Below are positions 4,973 to 5,008 of a stretch of 5,008 nt of DNA, piece after piece (the stretch's first letter is position 1; the number at the start of each line of letters is the position of its first letter). Under the pieces are notes generated by a model, which worked only from the letters and a program-made list of their open reading frames with translations, was not told the DNA's origin and searched no databases. This DNA comes from a virus: positions 1-5,008 of the IMG/VR virus record IMGVR_UViG_3300045988_167509; one strand, written 5' to 3'. Both the position numbers and the translations under genes were made by a program.

Positions 4973-5008
4973 CAGAGATAAAAAAAGTGCAATAACGTAA
5001 AAAAAAAT
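4910..5008. repeat. Terminal redundancy, identical to 1..99
   Basis: Base-by-base identity with the window start. Confidence 0.9.

Noticed and set aside
1-5008. CRISPR arrays, tRNA or rRNA genes, integrase or transposase
   Set aside because: There are no regularly spaced repeats beyond the two 32-mers, no cloverleaf-like conserved tRNA segments, and no ORF with recombinase features. The element looks like a free or episomal phage genome with no visible integration module.

Overview
This window appears to be one complete circular Microviridae (gokushovirus-like) ssDNA phage genome, linearised with a terminal overlap: positions 1..99 are identical to 4910..5008, so the genome unit is 4909 nt. 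Every convincing gene is on the minus strand, and the given plus strand is purine/A-rich. The window is therefore the complement of the T-rich virion/coding strand. The coding strand runs in descending coordinates and is densely packed. Gene order is: VP2-like pilot/minor capsid protein (4972..4304), a 192-nt intergenic region full of direct and inverted repeats, then the rolling-circle Rep/VP4 (4111..3158, TTG start, HUH and Y..K motifs). A cassette of small ORFs follows: an Arg-rich J-like 38-codon ORF without a canonical start, a Cys-rich 68 aa ORF, a 53 aa ORF, a 74 aa ORF and a 148 aa ORF. Two of these (the Arg-rich ORF and the 31 aa peptide below) fall below the ORF-track cut-off. The chain from the 68 aa ORF through the 53, 74, 148 and 31 aa ORFs into VP1 is connected by 1-nt stop/start overlaps (TAATG, TGATG, TAATG) or a tiny gap; the Arg-rich ORF sits 15 nt upstream of the 68 aa start. 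A 31 aa amphipathic peptide ORF is coupled by TAATG into the major capsid protein VP1 (1879..176). A GC-rich hairpin plus T-run after VP1 looks like an intrinsic terminator. Strong GGAGGT Shine-Dalgarno boxes sit about 8-11 nt upstream of VP1, Rep, the 74 aa, 148 aa and 31 aa starts and the internal TTG candidate for VP2; spacing is shorter or the box weaker at the 53 aa and 68 aa starts, and the annotated VP2 ATG has none. This argues for an SD-using host rather than Bacteroidetes. I found no tRNA, rRNA, CRISPR, integrase or transposase. The most interesting material is the coupled small-ORF cassette between Rep and VP1, including two unlisted mini-ORFs, and the repeat-rich VP2-Rep intergenic region, a candidate origin or regulatory hub.
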